The position numbers were made by a program, and so were the translations under genes. Of a DNA stretch of 64,000 nucleotides, positions 10,567 to 22,055 are shown piece after piece. Positions within the stretch are counted from its first letter, which is position 1. Every line of letters starts with the position of its first letter. The DNA comes from Naegleria gruberi (taxonomy: Eukaryota). The stretch is from NCBI GenBank assembly GCA_000004985.1, contig GG738887.1; one strand, 5' to 3'. The notes below the pieces were generated by a model. It saw only the letters and a program-made list of their open reading frames with translations. It was not told the DNA's origin and did not search any database.

Positions 10567-13513
10567 TTACAAAAGCTTGGTGAGCTTATCGAATCTTGGA
10601 GGATCATTTGGATCTGTACGTTTTTGAATTTCTTTCTGAATAACTACTAAATCTGAAGATGCTCTATTTTTGACAATTTCGTTTCTGAATATTTCTGGAG
10701 AACGATTATTGATTTGTTCGAATGCCTCACAAATTTTGTCAATGAGCATATCATAAACTCGTTTGGAATACTTTTTCTGTTCAAATTGATCAGAACTAAG
10801 GAAGGTGCTCGAACCCAATGTTCTATAAACACTATTGGCTTGCTTGCACATGGTAATGAATGGTGTTGGATTCTTATCATTTACATTAGTCCAATTATAA
10901 TTTGGAATTTCAGATAGTTGGTATTTGAGAGCATCACCCAGAATTGAGACAATCTTTTCGAAAATAGCAATTCTGTGCTCTAGTAAATCAGTTATAAAAT
11001 CTCCAAATTTGACAAGTTGCTTCTTCTGACCCTCTTGAAGTGCTGTTTCAATCTTGGATTGAATGTAAGGCATCAAGAGAATCAAATAATGCAAACAATC
11101 AGAGGCCAGGATTAAATGTTTTGGTGTTATACTTGTGATGGCACTATTGACCTCTCTTGCCTTGGCCATGAGTACCAATTCTTTGAGTTCTGAATTGTAA
11201 ACTTGCAATAATTGCAAAATTCTTCCATGAAGATCAATTGCACTAATAAATGAAAAATCGTTTGATAATAGCTGAGAATATTGATAGATAAACTTGAGTA
11301 GGCAGAGAGCACTGGTAGATAATTTGAATTTGATACCATTGGCTAAAATATAAGATGATTTGTCTTCTTCTGCAGTCTTGGCATTCTTCTGGGAGGTAGT
11401 AGAGGCAGGAACAGTTGTTGGAGGAGGTAAAGACATGGCTTGAGCTTCACCAGTCAATAGGAATGCACACTTTTGATACTTTTCAGGAATGGATGGCACG
11501 GCTTCCCAAGTATCTCTGGCAAGTCTCTTCTTTAATCTTTGGACATAAGTGGTGTGGAAATCATCCAAAAATACCTGTCCATGATGTTGTAATTTTCCTT
11601 TCAGTATGGTACATTTCTTATAAACCATACTGTCTGATTTGGTGATGAATTTACTACCTGTAGCCATGTATGTGGAAAATAGAGTTGGTGAAAATTTGGA
11701 AATGACCTTATCAATACCAGAGCAAAAGTTTGAAAGTTGTTGTTGAGTACTCTCGTGCATGAAGGATTGAATTTTGGCAACTTCACGGCCTAGGTTTTTC
11801 AGTTTTACAGTATTAATGATAATCTTGTCGGTACTGGAATCGGCTTTCTCATTTTCTTCTTTGCAAAATTGATCCACAGCAAAGCAAAAATCTGTAAATC
11901 TCTGGAGTTTAATTAGGGCTAATGAAACAATGGAATCAAACTGAATTTAAATGTGTCATCAAGGCAAATGTTACAAAATTACTTACACTCTTACACCATG
12001 AATCTGCCAAATCTTTGGTCACTTCGGTGGAGGGTGTGAAAACTGGTGGCTTGATCGATTTCATCAGCTCTTCAGTCTCTGAAGGTACTAGCTTTTTGGC
12101 ATGAGCCATTACAGGTACTGCAAGATTTCTGTATAGAGTGGCTTTCAATAATGAAGCGAGTTTAGTGTTCCAATCTGAAGAAGTCGTATCCTTTTGAAGT
12201 ATTTCAGCTATTAATTCCGAAATTTCTTGTTTGATTGTCATGTCGATTACACCTAATTCAACTTCAATTTCTTTTGGTATGTGCTTTAGGCAGTTAACAT
12301 TGCTCAGTTCACTGTGTTCCTGAAGAGTAGATTCAATAGTATTGATAATTTCAAGGGCTGATAAGACGTCCCCTCTATTTGCAACCATAACCTTGACAGC
12401 AGTCAGACTTTGTTGAATAGAATCAATCAAGACAATATACTCCAATGTCTTGGTTAGATTTTGCTTTTTTCTTACAAGATTACCAACTTCCAAAGGTTTC
12501 AAAACAGCATTCTCCTCATATTTCTTAATTTTAGATCTTAAAGATCCAACTAGAGGTATAGAGCTGATCAGTGTTTCATACAGATCATTGTATTGCATCA
12601 TGGAATCGAAAATTTCACTGGATCTCTTATTGACCTGAGTTTGAACTTGGTTTTCAACCTGATCCAGATAATAACTCAATTTCTCCTGCAAGAGTAGTGA
12701 TGCAGATTCATTCTCCGAGCTAAAAACCTTATTGAAATAAGTTGGTGTTGAAAGTTCAAAATTTTCATCAAAAAAGTAGGCAGGTACGCCCTCTCTCCTT
12801 GACATGTAATCCACAATGTTAAGATTACTTGTTAAACTCTTTTCCGATTTGTGTGGCACCAACTTTGTCATTTCTCGATTAAATGTTTCTATTAATTGAA
12901 TATATTCTTTAAAACTATCAATATTAATAGAATCTCCGAATGTTGGTGAAATTGTTGATGGTGATGTTGTTACATTTCTATTATTTACATTCTTTACTTT
13001 CGGGTTTTTCACAAAACACGATTCTACATTTACATCTTCAAATTTTCTAGCATCAACATTTGCAATTGCTTTAAAATCCTCATCCGTCAAATCATGAATT
13101 TCCATTAATTGTTTTTCCAATAATTCAGCCGATGTTAATGAAGTAGCACTATTCAATGAAGAACTACTACTTGATCCAAACCATGATGAAAACAGTGTTG
13201 ATAAACTTGGTGATGAATTATTCAAAGCCTTCGGATCATTCAAAACCGATGAAAAATCCATGTTATTATATGAAGTAAATGATGAGTAATACTTGTTAAT
13301 ACGATCTCTCGGTGCTATATTTTGAAACTCTTCTTCCATCCTCGTTAAACGTTCTCTTGCTGATGGCGTTGATATAAAACTGGGCAAACTCTCATCTTCT
13401 GTATTGTTGTTGCTTCCTGCTGTTGTTGTTTTGTTAGTCTTCACTGTTTGGACGCTGAGAATTTCTATTGAAAAATCATCATCATCCGATTCTATTTTTC
13501 GTTTATTTTCCAT
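10567..13513 (-). CDS. vps54: VPS54 (GARP complex subunit) homolog, about 966 aa; complement(join(10567..11940,11987..13513))
   Basis: Exon 1 ends ...TGT AAG AGT with a GTAAGT donor (+ strand acttac at 11981-11986). The acceptor is ttcag (+ strand ctgaa 11941-11945), giving a 46-nt phase-0 intron. The track's second ORF 'start' is an in-frame GTG. Segments LLLQEKLSYYLDQVENQVQ...SLRSKI and SVLNDPKALN match my recall of human VPS54 LLQEKLSHYLDIVEVNIAHQISLRSEAF and ALNDPRL; the C-terminal half is also collinear. Confidence 0.75.
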
Positions 13514-13676
13514 GTTATTATTATTATTAGTATTGTTGTTGTTAATTTATTATATGATGAATTGATGTTAGTGAAGAGAGTTTTTGTTGTTGAATATTTT
13601 TGATATTTTTTTTTAATGATGAAAAATTATTGTAATCAAATTAACAATTTTTAATATTATTTAATTTGTTACAATT

Positions 13677-14882
13677 TTATTTAAATATTTTTATAGAGTG
13701 ATTGTTTTCATCGGCAACCAAGAGTTGACCATTCTGATCGTCTATTGTTAAGCCGAATGGACAATACAATGGTCCGAATGAACCGTACGATCTAACAAGT
13801 TTGAGTCTTTCGTCTTTCTGTGGGCCGACTAATCCTGAACTATTCCATTCGAAGGCTAAAATTCGATTTTTGAGTGGACTTGAAACTATAATCTTTTCAG
13901 GTCTCAGAGTATTCTCCCTACTCTTATCAATGCAGATTCCTAGTGGACAGATTCCAAACAGATCTGAAGAATTTACCGAATCTTGATCATCATTTAGAAA
14001 TCCTTCTGGGATGAAGGAGCAAACGAGTTCTAATTGAGAAGGATTTGAGGATGATTCTCTTAGAATCTTAATGGAGCCGTTCCAATATTCTGAAATGATT
14101 AGTTCACCAGCAAGAGAAAAGTCAATCATCCAAGGCTCATGCAAATGACTCGTTTCGAATAAAGGTTGTGATGAGATAATTCCAGGAGGAGATTTTAAAG
14201 GAAATGAAAAGGAAGAAATGGAACGAATGAAACTACCATCTAAGGAACTTAATATGACAATTCTATTATGTCCACTATCACAGACGTACACTTGTTTGTT
14301 TCTTACTGAGATTCCAATAGGATAATAAAACTCAAGTGCTGAATCGACTAAAGAATTGGCTGCATCTTCTTGTGAAGGTTGTTGAATGGCAGTTTCCACA
14401 TCAGAAGCAAGATCTATTTCGTCCAAATTCAATTCTTGTCTCACTTGACGAAAGTTCTTTGCCTTCTCTCCTCTTTCCCATAGTTTCGTATATTTTACAT
14501 CATCTAACATGAGCCAAATTCTCAATTTGCACACTTTTGTAAAACTCAAAGTGATGAACAAGTTGTCAAAATCGTCTTCATCCACAGCTAGGCATTGTGG
14601 ACTTTCGTCCAACTCTATCGAATAGAGAAACATTTTTGTAAATAAATTGAAAAGTGCAATTTTTCGATTTCCAAAATCACTCACAAACACAATTCCCATC
14701 TGATATGAAATTTTCACATCTTTCGGATAAGAAAATCTATAAGAATCCGAATCTTCTTGACCTAAAGAATGAATTTGTTCGAAATTTGCAGAAAATGAAA
14801 TTCTATTTCGTTGATTTGAAGATAATTTATCTCTAAGCATTGGTTGCAGAGGTAGAAAGTCAGAGAGATGGAGTGTTGTCAT
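13677..14882 (-). CDS. NHL-repeat beta-propeller protein (401 aa)
   Basis: Repeated NHL-type blades are visible (VCDSGHNRIVILS, QLLVADENNHSIKIFK). The start is aaagaaATG. It is a paralog of the gene at 32055..33080. Confidence 0.65.
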   Translation of the reverse strand: MTTLHLSDFLPLQPMLRDKLSSNQRNRISFSANFEQIHSLGQEDSDSYRFSYPKDVKISYQMGIVFVSDFGNRKIALFNLFTKMFLYSIELDESPQCLAVDEDDFDNLFITLSFTKVCKLRIWLMLDDVKYTKLWERGEKAKNFRQVRQELNLDEIDLASDVETAIQQPSQEDAANSLVDSALEFYYPIGISVRNKQVYVCDSGHNRIVILSSLDGSFIRSISSFSFPLKSPPGIISSQPLFETSHLHEPWMIDFSLAGELIISEYWNGSIKILRESSSNPSQLELVCSFIPEGFLNDDQDSVNSSDLFGICPLGICIDKSRENTLRPEKIIVSSPLKNRILAFEWNSSGLVGPQKDERLKLVRSYGSFGPLYCPFGLTIDDQNGQLLVADENNHSIKIFK

Positions 14883-15145
14883 TTCTTTTAACTGTTTTTT
14901 GGTTTTTAATTTTTTTTGGTTGCCTTTTTTAGATTGTCAAAGTCAACAATTATTCGAAACCATTCGTCTACAGCTTTACAGTAGTTAAATGTTACAATAA
15001 TGTTGGGTAAAAAGCAAATTGGTACAATTTCCATAATGTAAAAAGTTATTCGAAACTTCGCTGACATCAAAAACGAACCTTTCACATTGTAAACTTTAGA
15101 TTTTTAACATTTCACCTGTCTGGCAGGATATTTCACAATAAAAAA

Positions 15146-16863
15146 ATGTCTCAACCAACAGATAAGAGATTGTGCTTTCTAACAGCATCAGAAATGTTAG
15201 AAAGGTTTCGTTCACTTTCCCTCTCTCCAAAAGATGTAATTCTCGATGTTTTGAATAGAATTGAACAATTAAATGATCGTGCCAATGCTTACTGTTACGT
15301 TGAAAAGAGAGAAACTTTGATCAAATTGGCAGAAGAATCCGAAGGTAAGTTTATTCGAAAATTCTATTCGAAAGATCTAAAAAAATCAGCAAGATATCAA
15401 AAGAATATTGCACTTCCAATGGATGGTATCCCAATTTCTGTCAAGGATTTATTCATGGTCAAGGGAATGCCATCTTTCTTTGGTTCGAAAGCTTACTCCA
15501 CTCAACGTCAAGAAGATTTTGACAGGAAAAATAACACAACACAAGATGAAAGAGCTCTCATTGATGTAATCGATTCTCCAAGTGTTGAACATGCTAGAAA
15601 TGCTGGTTGTATCATTTTGGGTAAAGTAACTAGTCCAGAATTTGGATGGCAAGGTGTCACTCTTTCACCAATGACAGGTGTCACGCCAAATCCTTTTAAT
15701 TTCAAATTGAGTGGAGGTGGAAGTTCAGGAGGAAGTAATTGTGTCATGTTGGGAATGGGGCCTTTGAGCATTGGATCAGATGGAGCTGGAAGTGCTAGAA
15801 TTCCTTGTGCATTTTCAAATGTTTCGTCTATTAAGGTGAGTTTCTAATATTGTCAAGAGTTTAAAATTTTATGGATTTTATTGGAAAGGCAACTGTTTCT
15901 GTAGTGCCACACTATCCAGCTTCTCCATTAGGAACTTTGGCTAACGTGTGTCCTATGGCTACAACCATTCGAGATGCCGCACTATTTTTGGATATCATAG
16001 GACAACCACATCCTTCAGATCCGTTATCGATTCATCCTTCCAGATTTGAAAATGCAAACGATTATCATGATTTCAAAGATTCTTCCCATGAAAAGAGAAA
16101 ATTCTCCACTCAACTCGATACTGGAATTAAGGGTTTGAGAATTGGTTTGAATTTCTCCCTCTCAACCTATTGTGATCCTAAAATTGAGGAATCTGTTAGA
16201 AAGGCAGCCAAAATATTGGAAAATCTTGGAGCTATCGTTGAGGAAGTTCCACTTCTCCCATTCCAAAAGGAGAAGCTTGATGTTTTTGGAACATTTAAGA
16301 TTTTGTGGTGTACGGGATGTAAGGCAATGGTAGAGAAGAGGATTCGTCCAGAGTATCGTCACTTGGTTGATCCAAATTTGATGGATGCTGCCTCGAGAGG
16401 AGAGAAATATAGTGCCTATGATTTTATTAGCTCTGAAATGGTGAGAACGACCATGTCTTCCCTAATGAATACTCAATTCTTTAATAGATATGATCTATTG
16501 ATTACACCAACACTTCCAATTACTCCTTTTGAAGCTCATTTGGAAACAATTCCAGATGAAAATATTCGAAAGCTCTTGTGTGGATTTGGTAATTCAACCA
16601 ACACAATTATGAAACCATCTGATTCTCCATTCTTTGAGGAAGAATATGATCCAATGAGATGGTGGATGTTCTGTCAATATACATATCCATTCAATTTGAT
16701 GAAATTACCCGCTTCAAACGTTCCATGTGATAAATATGTTGGCTTGCAAGTGATTGGACCTGAGTATGGAGAAAGTTTAGTCTTACGTGTTGCTAATGAA
16801 TTTCAAAAGAGTATTGATTTGGAATTCTTGAAAGATTTATCAAAGAATACCTTCACTGATTAA
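15146..16863 (+). CDS. Amidase-signature family enzyme (FAAH/GatA-like), about 554 aa; join(15146..15835,15889..16863)
   Basis: The amidase signature GGSSGGS...GSDGAGSARIPCAF is present. A GTGAGT donor at 15836 and acceptor aaag at 15885-15888 keep frame (...SSIK|ATVSVVPHYP...DAALFLDIIG). The start is aaaaaaATG. Confidence 0.8.
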
Positions 16864-16927
16864 TAAAATGAGGCAACTAAAAACTTTTAATCCATTGTAA
16901 TATTTTCATAGTCTTATTTTCTTTTAT

Positions 16928-18253
16928 TTAACAAAGCATGGAAGGATTATCAAATGCCTCAACACAAGAATACCTACTGAGGTTTGCATTTTCCTTGACC
17001 CAATTATGAAGCATTGTAATGAAGGGAAACACACAGGTAGAACTTCTTGTAGGAGCTGCCAGAATTTGAATCATTCTAATCAAGTGCTCAATCTGTAAAT
17101 GCTCAAAACCAAGATAATCAATGAGACAGTGAAAAATTGATTTTTCAGCTGGTGAGTAGGGTGTTTGTGTGATGAAGGAGAAATCATATGTAAATTCCTC
17201 ATTATTCATGGAAAATATTGGCTCTTTCTGTCTTCTAAAGATACAAATTTTTGTTTCGTCCTCAAAGGCCTCAGCTAATTGAGGATATTCTTCTTGAATT
17301 TTTGGATAGGTACATTCCAGTGAAAAATCCGAATGATTCACAGAGTATTGGCTTCTCAATTCCAAGCAACAAATATTTCCATTCAATCCCTTAATGGAGA
17401 TGGATGAATGATGGTGCTTGACTGCCAAGTCTTGATCAATTCTCACCGATTCTATCACTGTATGATTATAGAAATAGTCAATCTCATTAATTATTGTGGA
17501 GAGTGGTAATTTCTTCTCATGAGGCACATAGTATACACTTTGATAATTTGCAATATTTCTCGTATAGAGAGTACTGGCATATTTACATTGTTCCAAGTGA
17601 TTTTTCCAATCCTCTCCTTTCTGAATATAATTCTTGTACAATTTAAAATCGTGGAATGCATTCTTTCGATGTCTCAATAAATTCACAATTGATCGTTCCA
17701 TCTCCAAAGCAATATTTTTCGATCCCTCAATCTCATAATACAGCATGGCCAGATTTAACTTGTCTGATTCTGATAAATTTCTTCTCCATTCATTCTTCAA
17801 ACTTGAAACCCATAATAATTCATTCACATCTCCATTGTAAAATCCAAGAAAGATATCTCGATGCAAATACAAGAATCTCCAATCTAAATCTCTCCTCTTC
17901 CAAACAACATTATTAGAAAATTCAGAAAATTGCTCCGAATGGAATTCATGCCTCTCGAATGAACCTTTAAATTCAATCCATTGTCTTTCTAATTGTGTTA
18001 CAACAAAATCCTTCCAATATAATTCCTTCCATAATAATTGAGCATAATTTTGATAAGTCTGAGCATGATGATGATGATCGGAAGAATTTGAACAAGTAAT
18101 TAATTCATTCCAAAATTTTGAAACTCTTCTCCATCGTTCCAATTCCTTAGCATCATCCGTAATGAAGAGAAGAATATGAATGATTACATCCTCCTTGCCA
18201 GGAGAGAAGAGTAATGCACATGGATCGGAATATTTACAAATATGTGGAAGCAT
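16928..18253 (-). CDS. F-box-like protein (441 aa), otherwise uncharacterised
   Basis: The N-terminal DVIIHILLFITDDAKELERWRRVSKFWNELI fits the F-box pattern (I..IL.....D...L.R.VSK.W..LI). Single ORF; the start is gaaaaaaATG. Confidence 0.5.
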   Translation of the reverse strand: MLPHICKYSDPCALLFSPGKEDVIIHILLFITDDAKELERWRRVSKFWNELITCSNSSDHHHHAQTYQNYAQLLWKELYWKDFVVTQLERQWIEFKGSFERHEFHSEQFSEFSNNVVWKRRDLDWRFLYLHRDIFLGFYNGDVNELLWVSSLKNEWRRNLSESDKLNLAMLYYEIEGSKNIALEMERSIVNLLRHRKNAFHDFKLYKNYIQKGEDWKNHLEQCKYASTLYTRNIANYQSVYYVPHEKKLPLSTIINEIDYFYNHTVIESVRIDQDLAVKHHHSSISIKGLNGNICCLELRSQYSVNHSDFSLECTYPKIQEEYPQLAEAFEDETKICIFRRQKEPIFSMNNEEFTYDFSFITQTPYSPAEKSIFHCLIDYLGFEHLQIEHLIRMIQILAAPTRSSTCVFPFITMLHNWVKENANLSRYSCVEAFDNPSMLC

Positions 18254-18489
18254 TTTTTTCTAAAAAAATAAAATCTTATTTATCATATGCAAATTATTTA
18301 ATAATATTTTGATTTTTTATGTATAACTGAATCATTGGATTAAAATGATCAAGATTTATGCATAATTATAATAGAAGTTTATTGAACGAAAACTTCAGTC
18401 TTTTCAAAGATGGAAACTCCAAGTTTGGCAATAGAACTGGCACATCTATTAAATGTCGTGTTAAAAAGTGTAAAAATAATATTCGAAAC

Positions 18490-18846
18490 TTACTCTCCCT
18501 TCTTGACAACCTTTCCTTCTTTCAATCTTGAGGCAATAGTAACACCATCAATTTGAATCATTACCCACCAAATAACCCAGAATGGAAGAACACAAATACC
18601 AATGAAAACAAACATTAAAACAACAATCAAGAAGTAAAAGAAAATATTCAAGACAATATAGGTGATACCCTTTCCAGCCTGTAAAGAGAAAATAGTTTAG
18701 AATAGTTATGTACATTGTGTACTTACTTGTCCCATAACAATATGGCCAAGACCAAGGAAAAGGAAGTTCAATAAAAAGACCAAGATTGGTTCAATGTTGG
18801 TATTTGGCACTTGGTCGTCGCTGGCAATAGGTTGTTGTTGTTTCAT
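18490..18846 (-). CDS. Unlisted small two-exon gene for a 102-aa protein with 2-3 TM helices; complement(join(18490..18678,18727..18846))
   Basis: ATG at 18846. Exon 1 is MKQQQPIASDDQVPNTNIEPILVFLLNFLFLGLGHIVMGQ, then GTAAGT (+ strand acttac 18721-18726). Acceptor tttacag, then AGKGITYIVLNIFFYFLIVVLMFVFIGICVLPFWVIWWVMIQIDGVTIASRLKEGKVVKKGE and TAA. The intron is 48 nt and phase 0; codon usage looks host-like. It is not in the ORF track because each exon gives under 60 aa from its ATG. Confidence 0.5.
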
Positions 18847-19915
18847 TGTGTAGAGCTGCACTGTTGATTATGTTGTTTTGTTTTTTTGAAGTGGGGTGAA
18901 ATTTGGCGATAATAAGCGTTTGGTTTCATTGTGTTTTTACATGACAGTTATCTCCAAAAGAGAACAACAAACCACAAAAGCATAAATTGTAAAGAGCAGT
19001 GAAGTTAGCTGGAAAGAATTTGGAAGGTGGATGAATTAACAGATGAACGTACGAATGGTTCATAACAAGTGGCAACTACAGTTCAACCAGCCCTTCTACA
19101 GACTATTTCATTGTATCATCTTCCTTCTTTCTTCTAATTATGCTTGTTGCCATTCGTGCAAGAGCACATGCATTCCATCGTTCCAATCAATGTTTCATCA
19201 ATATTATCCGAAAATTATAATATGTAATATAATAATACTCTCCATGATATTCCTCCATCAAGTCATCATATTAAATAATATTAAAATAATAAATATAATT
19301 TTTCTTTCCGATTTAATTTCACTCATAAAATTCATGGCAATTTCCCTTATTCCACTTTCCATATATTTCCCAGAACACAAATCTTTCCAACACCAACCAA
19401 TACCTGACCACCACTGAAACAATCTCAAAGATGATGAACCTATTAGTGATGATATCATCACAGTTCCATCACAAACTCGCTTCAAAAAAATAGCGCGAAA
19501 ACTCAAAGCCTTTTCTCTCCATTTTTTAGGCTTGTTTTTTGTCTAAGCCTACTTGCCTGTTGTTCTCTATAGTTCTAAGCAGACAAGGAAACAAGCCTTC
19601 CTCATTGATTACAAAGCATAACTATTGACAAATATACAAACACACGGTCCAATTTAAGGTCGTTACGATATAAAAGGAATGCGCTAGAGTTCAACAAGAC
19701 TAAAAAACAAACTCAAAAAAAACAAATCAATTAATTGCATTGCACTTTTTGCTCTCAAAGTTCACATATTGAGATTTAACAAGGCTTTGAAATTTATATT
19801 CCCTATATTCATCATCATCATTAATCTATTATATTGGCACATAGACGAAACGTTTCGGTAAGTAATTATGCAATATTATCCAACTCATTGATTGCTTCCT
19901 ATATGATAAAGAAAG

Positions 19916-21967
19916 ATGGAAACTATGCAAATTGACTCAACTCCACAACACACCAAGGCTATCACACAATCTCCACATTCATCATCATCACTCGTCGACA
20001 CTTGCACTCCAATCAAGAAGAGAAAGAATTATTCCAATAGAATGTCAACTTCATTATCATCTGTAGAACAAGGCTCCGCTCCATGTGACCAGCCTTCATC
20101 AGCTACTGACTCTAACATTTCCTCACTCTCATCAGGTCACAACAATGAAGTGGATCATGATGATTCATTCATGCATCAAATCTCTTCTCCTATTCCTCAT
20201 TTTCAAGTTGGTTCATTGATTAGAGGAGGTCTGAGAAGAGATTTCGAGGAAGATCATCTCCTTTTGGAACAAGTTGAAGGTGCTTTAGATTCTCCAATGA
20301 AAACAACTCTTTCATCTCCAATGAATCAAAGTAACACTCCTCCAAGAAGAAAGAGAAGCTTGGATAAATTAGATGAAATTCCAGAATGGAGAAAGAAGGA
20401 AGAAGCAAACACCAACAGTGAATTCTCAGCCTTTTCAAGTGGAAGTTCAACAGCCACTCCAAAGAAGACAAGATCTAGGAATGGATCCTTTACCACTCCT
20501 CAACATGGTCGTAGCTCTTGGTTCAGAAATGTCACACCAAACAAGCCTAGTCCTGCATCCTCTGATTGTGCTTCAACTGATTCCACTCCAACTCAAGCCT
20601 CAACTGATAGAGCTAATTCAAGTCCATTCAAATCAGATTTGAAGAATAGTAATTTTACATTTCAAAAGTTTGCCCCTCATGCTTTGCACGTTCACTGTTC
20701 CTTAATGAAAGCAAAGGCTCCAACTGTTTACATGCAAAACGAATCCAAAGTTGACACTGATGGCAGAATCAATTACACCTTCGAATGTGGTCTCTCCTGT
20801 GTCAGCAGAGAGAATACGATTATGAGTGCATCTGGTAAGCATCATAACAAGACTCACGCCAAATCCATTGCTGCAAGAAGACTCCTCTCAGACTTGTATC
20901 CAGAGTTTAAGGGTAATTTGGAGCAAATCATCAGGTTTTTGGATAAGGAACTTCAAGAAAAGAAGCTTAATTTGAGAAGAATCCTTCCAAACGATGTTGA
21001 AATGAATAAGCAACAGCAACAAATCAAGATGGCTAATGAACGTCTCTTGAAAGAAGGTTTCAATTCTATGGACACTGCTTCTGATTCTAGCTCTCAACAA
21101 CTACCAACTCAAGATTCTAACAAACCAGCCAGCAATCAACCAAATCAATACAATTTCTTCCATGTTCCTTTCGAGGAAGCTATTAAGGTTTTGAATGAAT
21201 TGATTCACATTAGAGGATACAATTATCCAACTTGTCAACAGAGAGAAATTGAAGAGAATGGAGGCACTGTTCAACAAGTTACAATGATTTTAGAAATGCC
21301 AAACGACAAGGGGGTTTACTACTCTGAAGGTAAGGCATATGATCTCAAGGTTGCCAAAGGAGAATGTTCATGGAAGATGCTCTGCTACTTGTTCCCTAGC
21401 TTTAATTCTAACTGGTATTTGATTAGAGATTTCGTCGAAGATTTGAGAACCAAGAGAAAGATGGAGAAACTCAAGAAGAGAGAAGAAACCTTGGTGAGAA
21501 GAAAGTTGGAATTTAGCAATCAAGAACAATCTGAAGATTCCAGACAAATGGCTGAACACTCCCAACATGAATATGGAAAGAAGGGAGAAGAAGTACTTTC
21601 CAAGCAAGTTCCTCCTCCACCTCCTATGCCTCCTCGTGATATGAATAATGGATCTCCAAGTTGGTTCTATTCCAATATGCACAATATCAGTCCACCAATG
21701 AACATGTATCATCATAATCAATTCTTGCAATATAATCCTCCAATCAATAGTCATTCAATGATGTTCTCCAATCAAATGCATCATCAACATCCTTACTGGT
21801 ATCACCCATATCAAAACAATCATGGCCATTGCTATTGTAGTAGTTGTGTTGCTTCCAATTCAAATATGCCACCTCCATACTACTCACAACAACAACACTC
21901 CCTCTTTTCTCAATCATTTCCAAACGAACAATCTCAACAAGGAGAATATCGTTCCCAAAAACATTAA
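19916..21967 (+). CDS. Protein with two dsRNA-binding domains, poly-Q and Pro-rich tail (683 aa); RbdB/HYL1-like candidate
   Basis: The first dsRBD C-terminal motif is SASGKHHNKTHAKSIAARRLLSDL. The second is PFEEAIKVLNELIHIRGYNYP...YYSEGKAYDLKVAKGECSWKMLCYL. Both fit G.G.SKK.AK..AA...L. A TATAAAAGG box lies at about 19670. Confidence 0.6.
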   Translation: METMQIDSTPQHTKAITQSPHSSSSLVDTCTPIKKRKNYSNRMSTSLSSVEQGSAPCDQPSSATDSNISSLSSGHNNEVDHDDSFMHQISSPIPHFQVGSLIRGGLRRDFEEDHLLLEQVEGALDSPMKTTLSSPMNQSNTPPRRKRSLDKLDEIPEWRKKEEANTNSEFSAFSSGSSTATPKKTRSRNGSFTTPQHGRSSWFRNVTPNKPSPASSDCASTDSTPTQASTDRANSSPFKSDLKNSNFTFQKFAPHALHVHCSLMKAKAPTVYMQNESKVDTDGRINYTFECGLSCVSRENTIMSASGKHHNKTHAKSIAARRLLSDLYPEFKGNLEQIIRFLDKELQEKKLNLRRILPNDVEMNKQQQQIKMANERLLKEGFNSMDTASDSSSQQLPTQDSNKPASNQPNQYNFFHVPFEEAIKVLNELIHIRGYNYPTCQQREIEENGGTVQQVTMILEMPNDKGVYYSEGKAYDLKVAKGECSWKMLCYLFPSFNSNWYLIRDFVEDLRTKRKMEKLKKREETLVRRKLEFSNQEQSEDSRQMAEHSQHEYGKKGEEVLSKQVPPPPPMPPRDMNNGSPSWFYSNMHNISPPMNMYHHNQFLQYNPPINSHSMMFSNQMHHQHPYWYHPYQNNHGHCYCSSCVASNSNMPPPYYSQQQHSLFSQSFPNEQSQQGEYRSQKH

Positions 21968-22055
21968 GCATCAAGTTGGTAAAGAAAAATAGTTAAGTCT
22001 ATAGTTCATTCCAACTTGGCTTGTTTAAATTGTATATTTATAATAAACTGTGTAT

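Noticed and set aside
19043-19506. ORFs 19043..19417 (+) and 19258..19506 (-) in the spacer upstream of the dsRBD gene
   Set aside because: They lie in AT-rich intergenic sequence, have hydrophobic poly-I/L products typical of random AT-rich ORFs, and lack ATG context and conservation cues.
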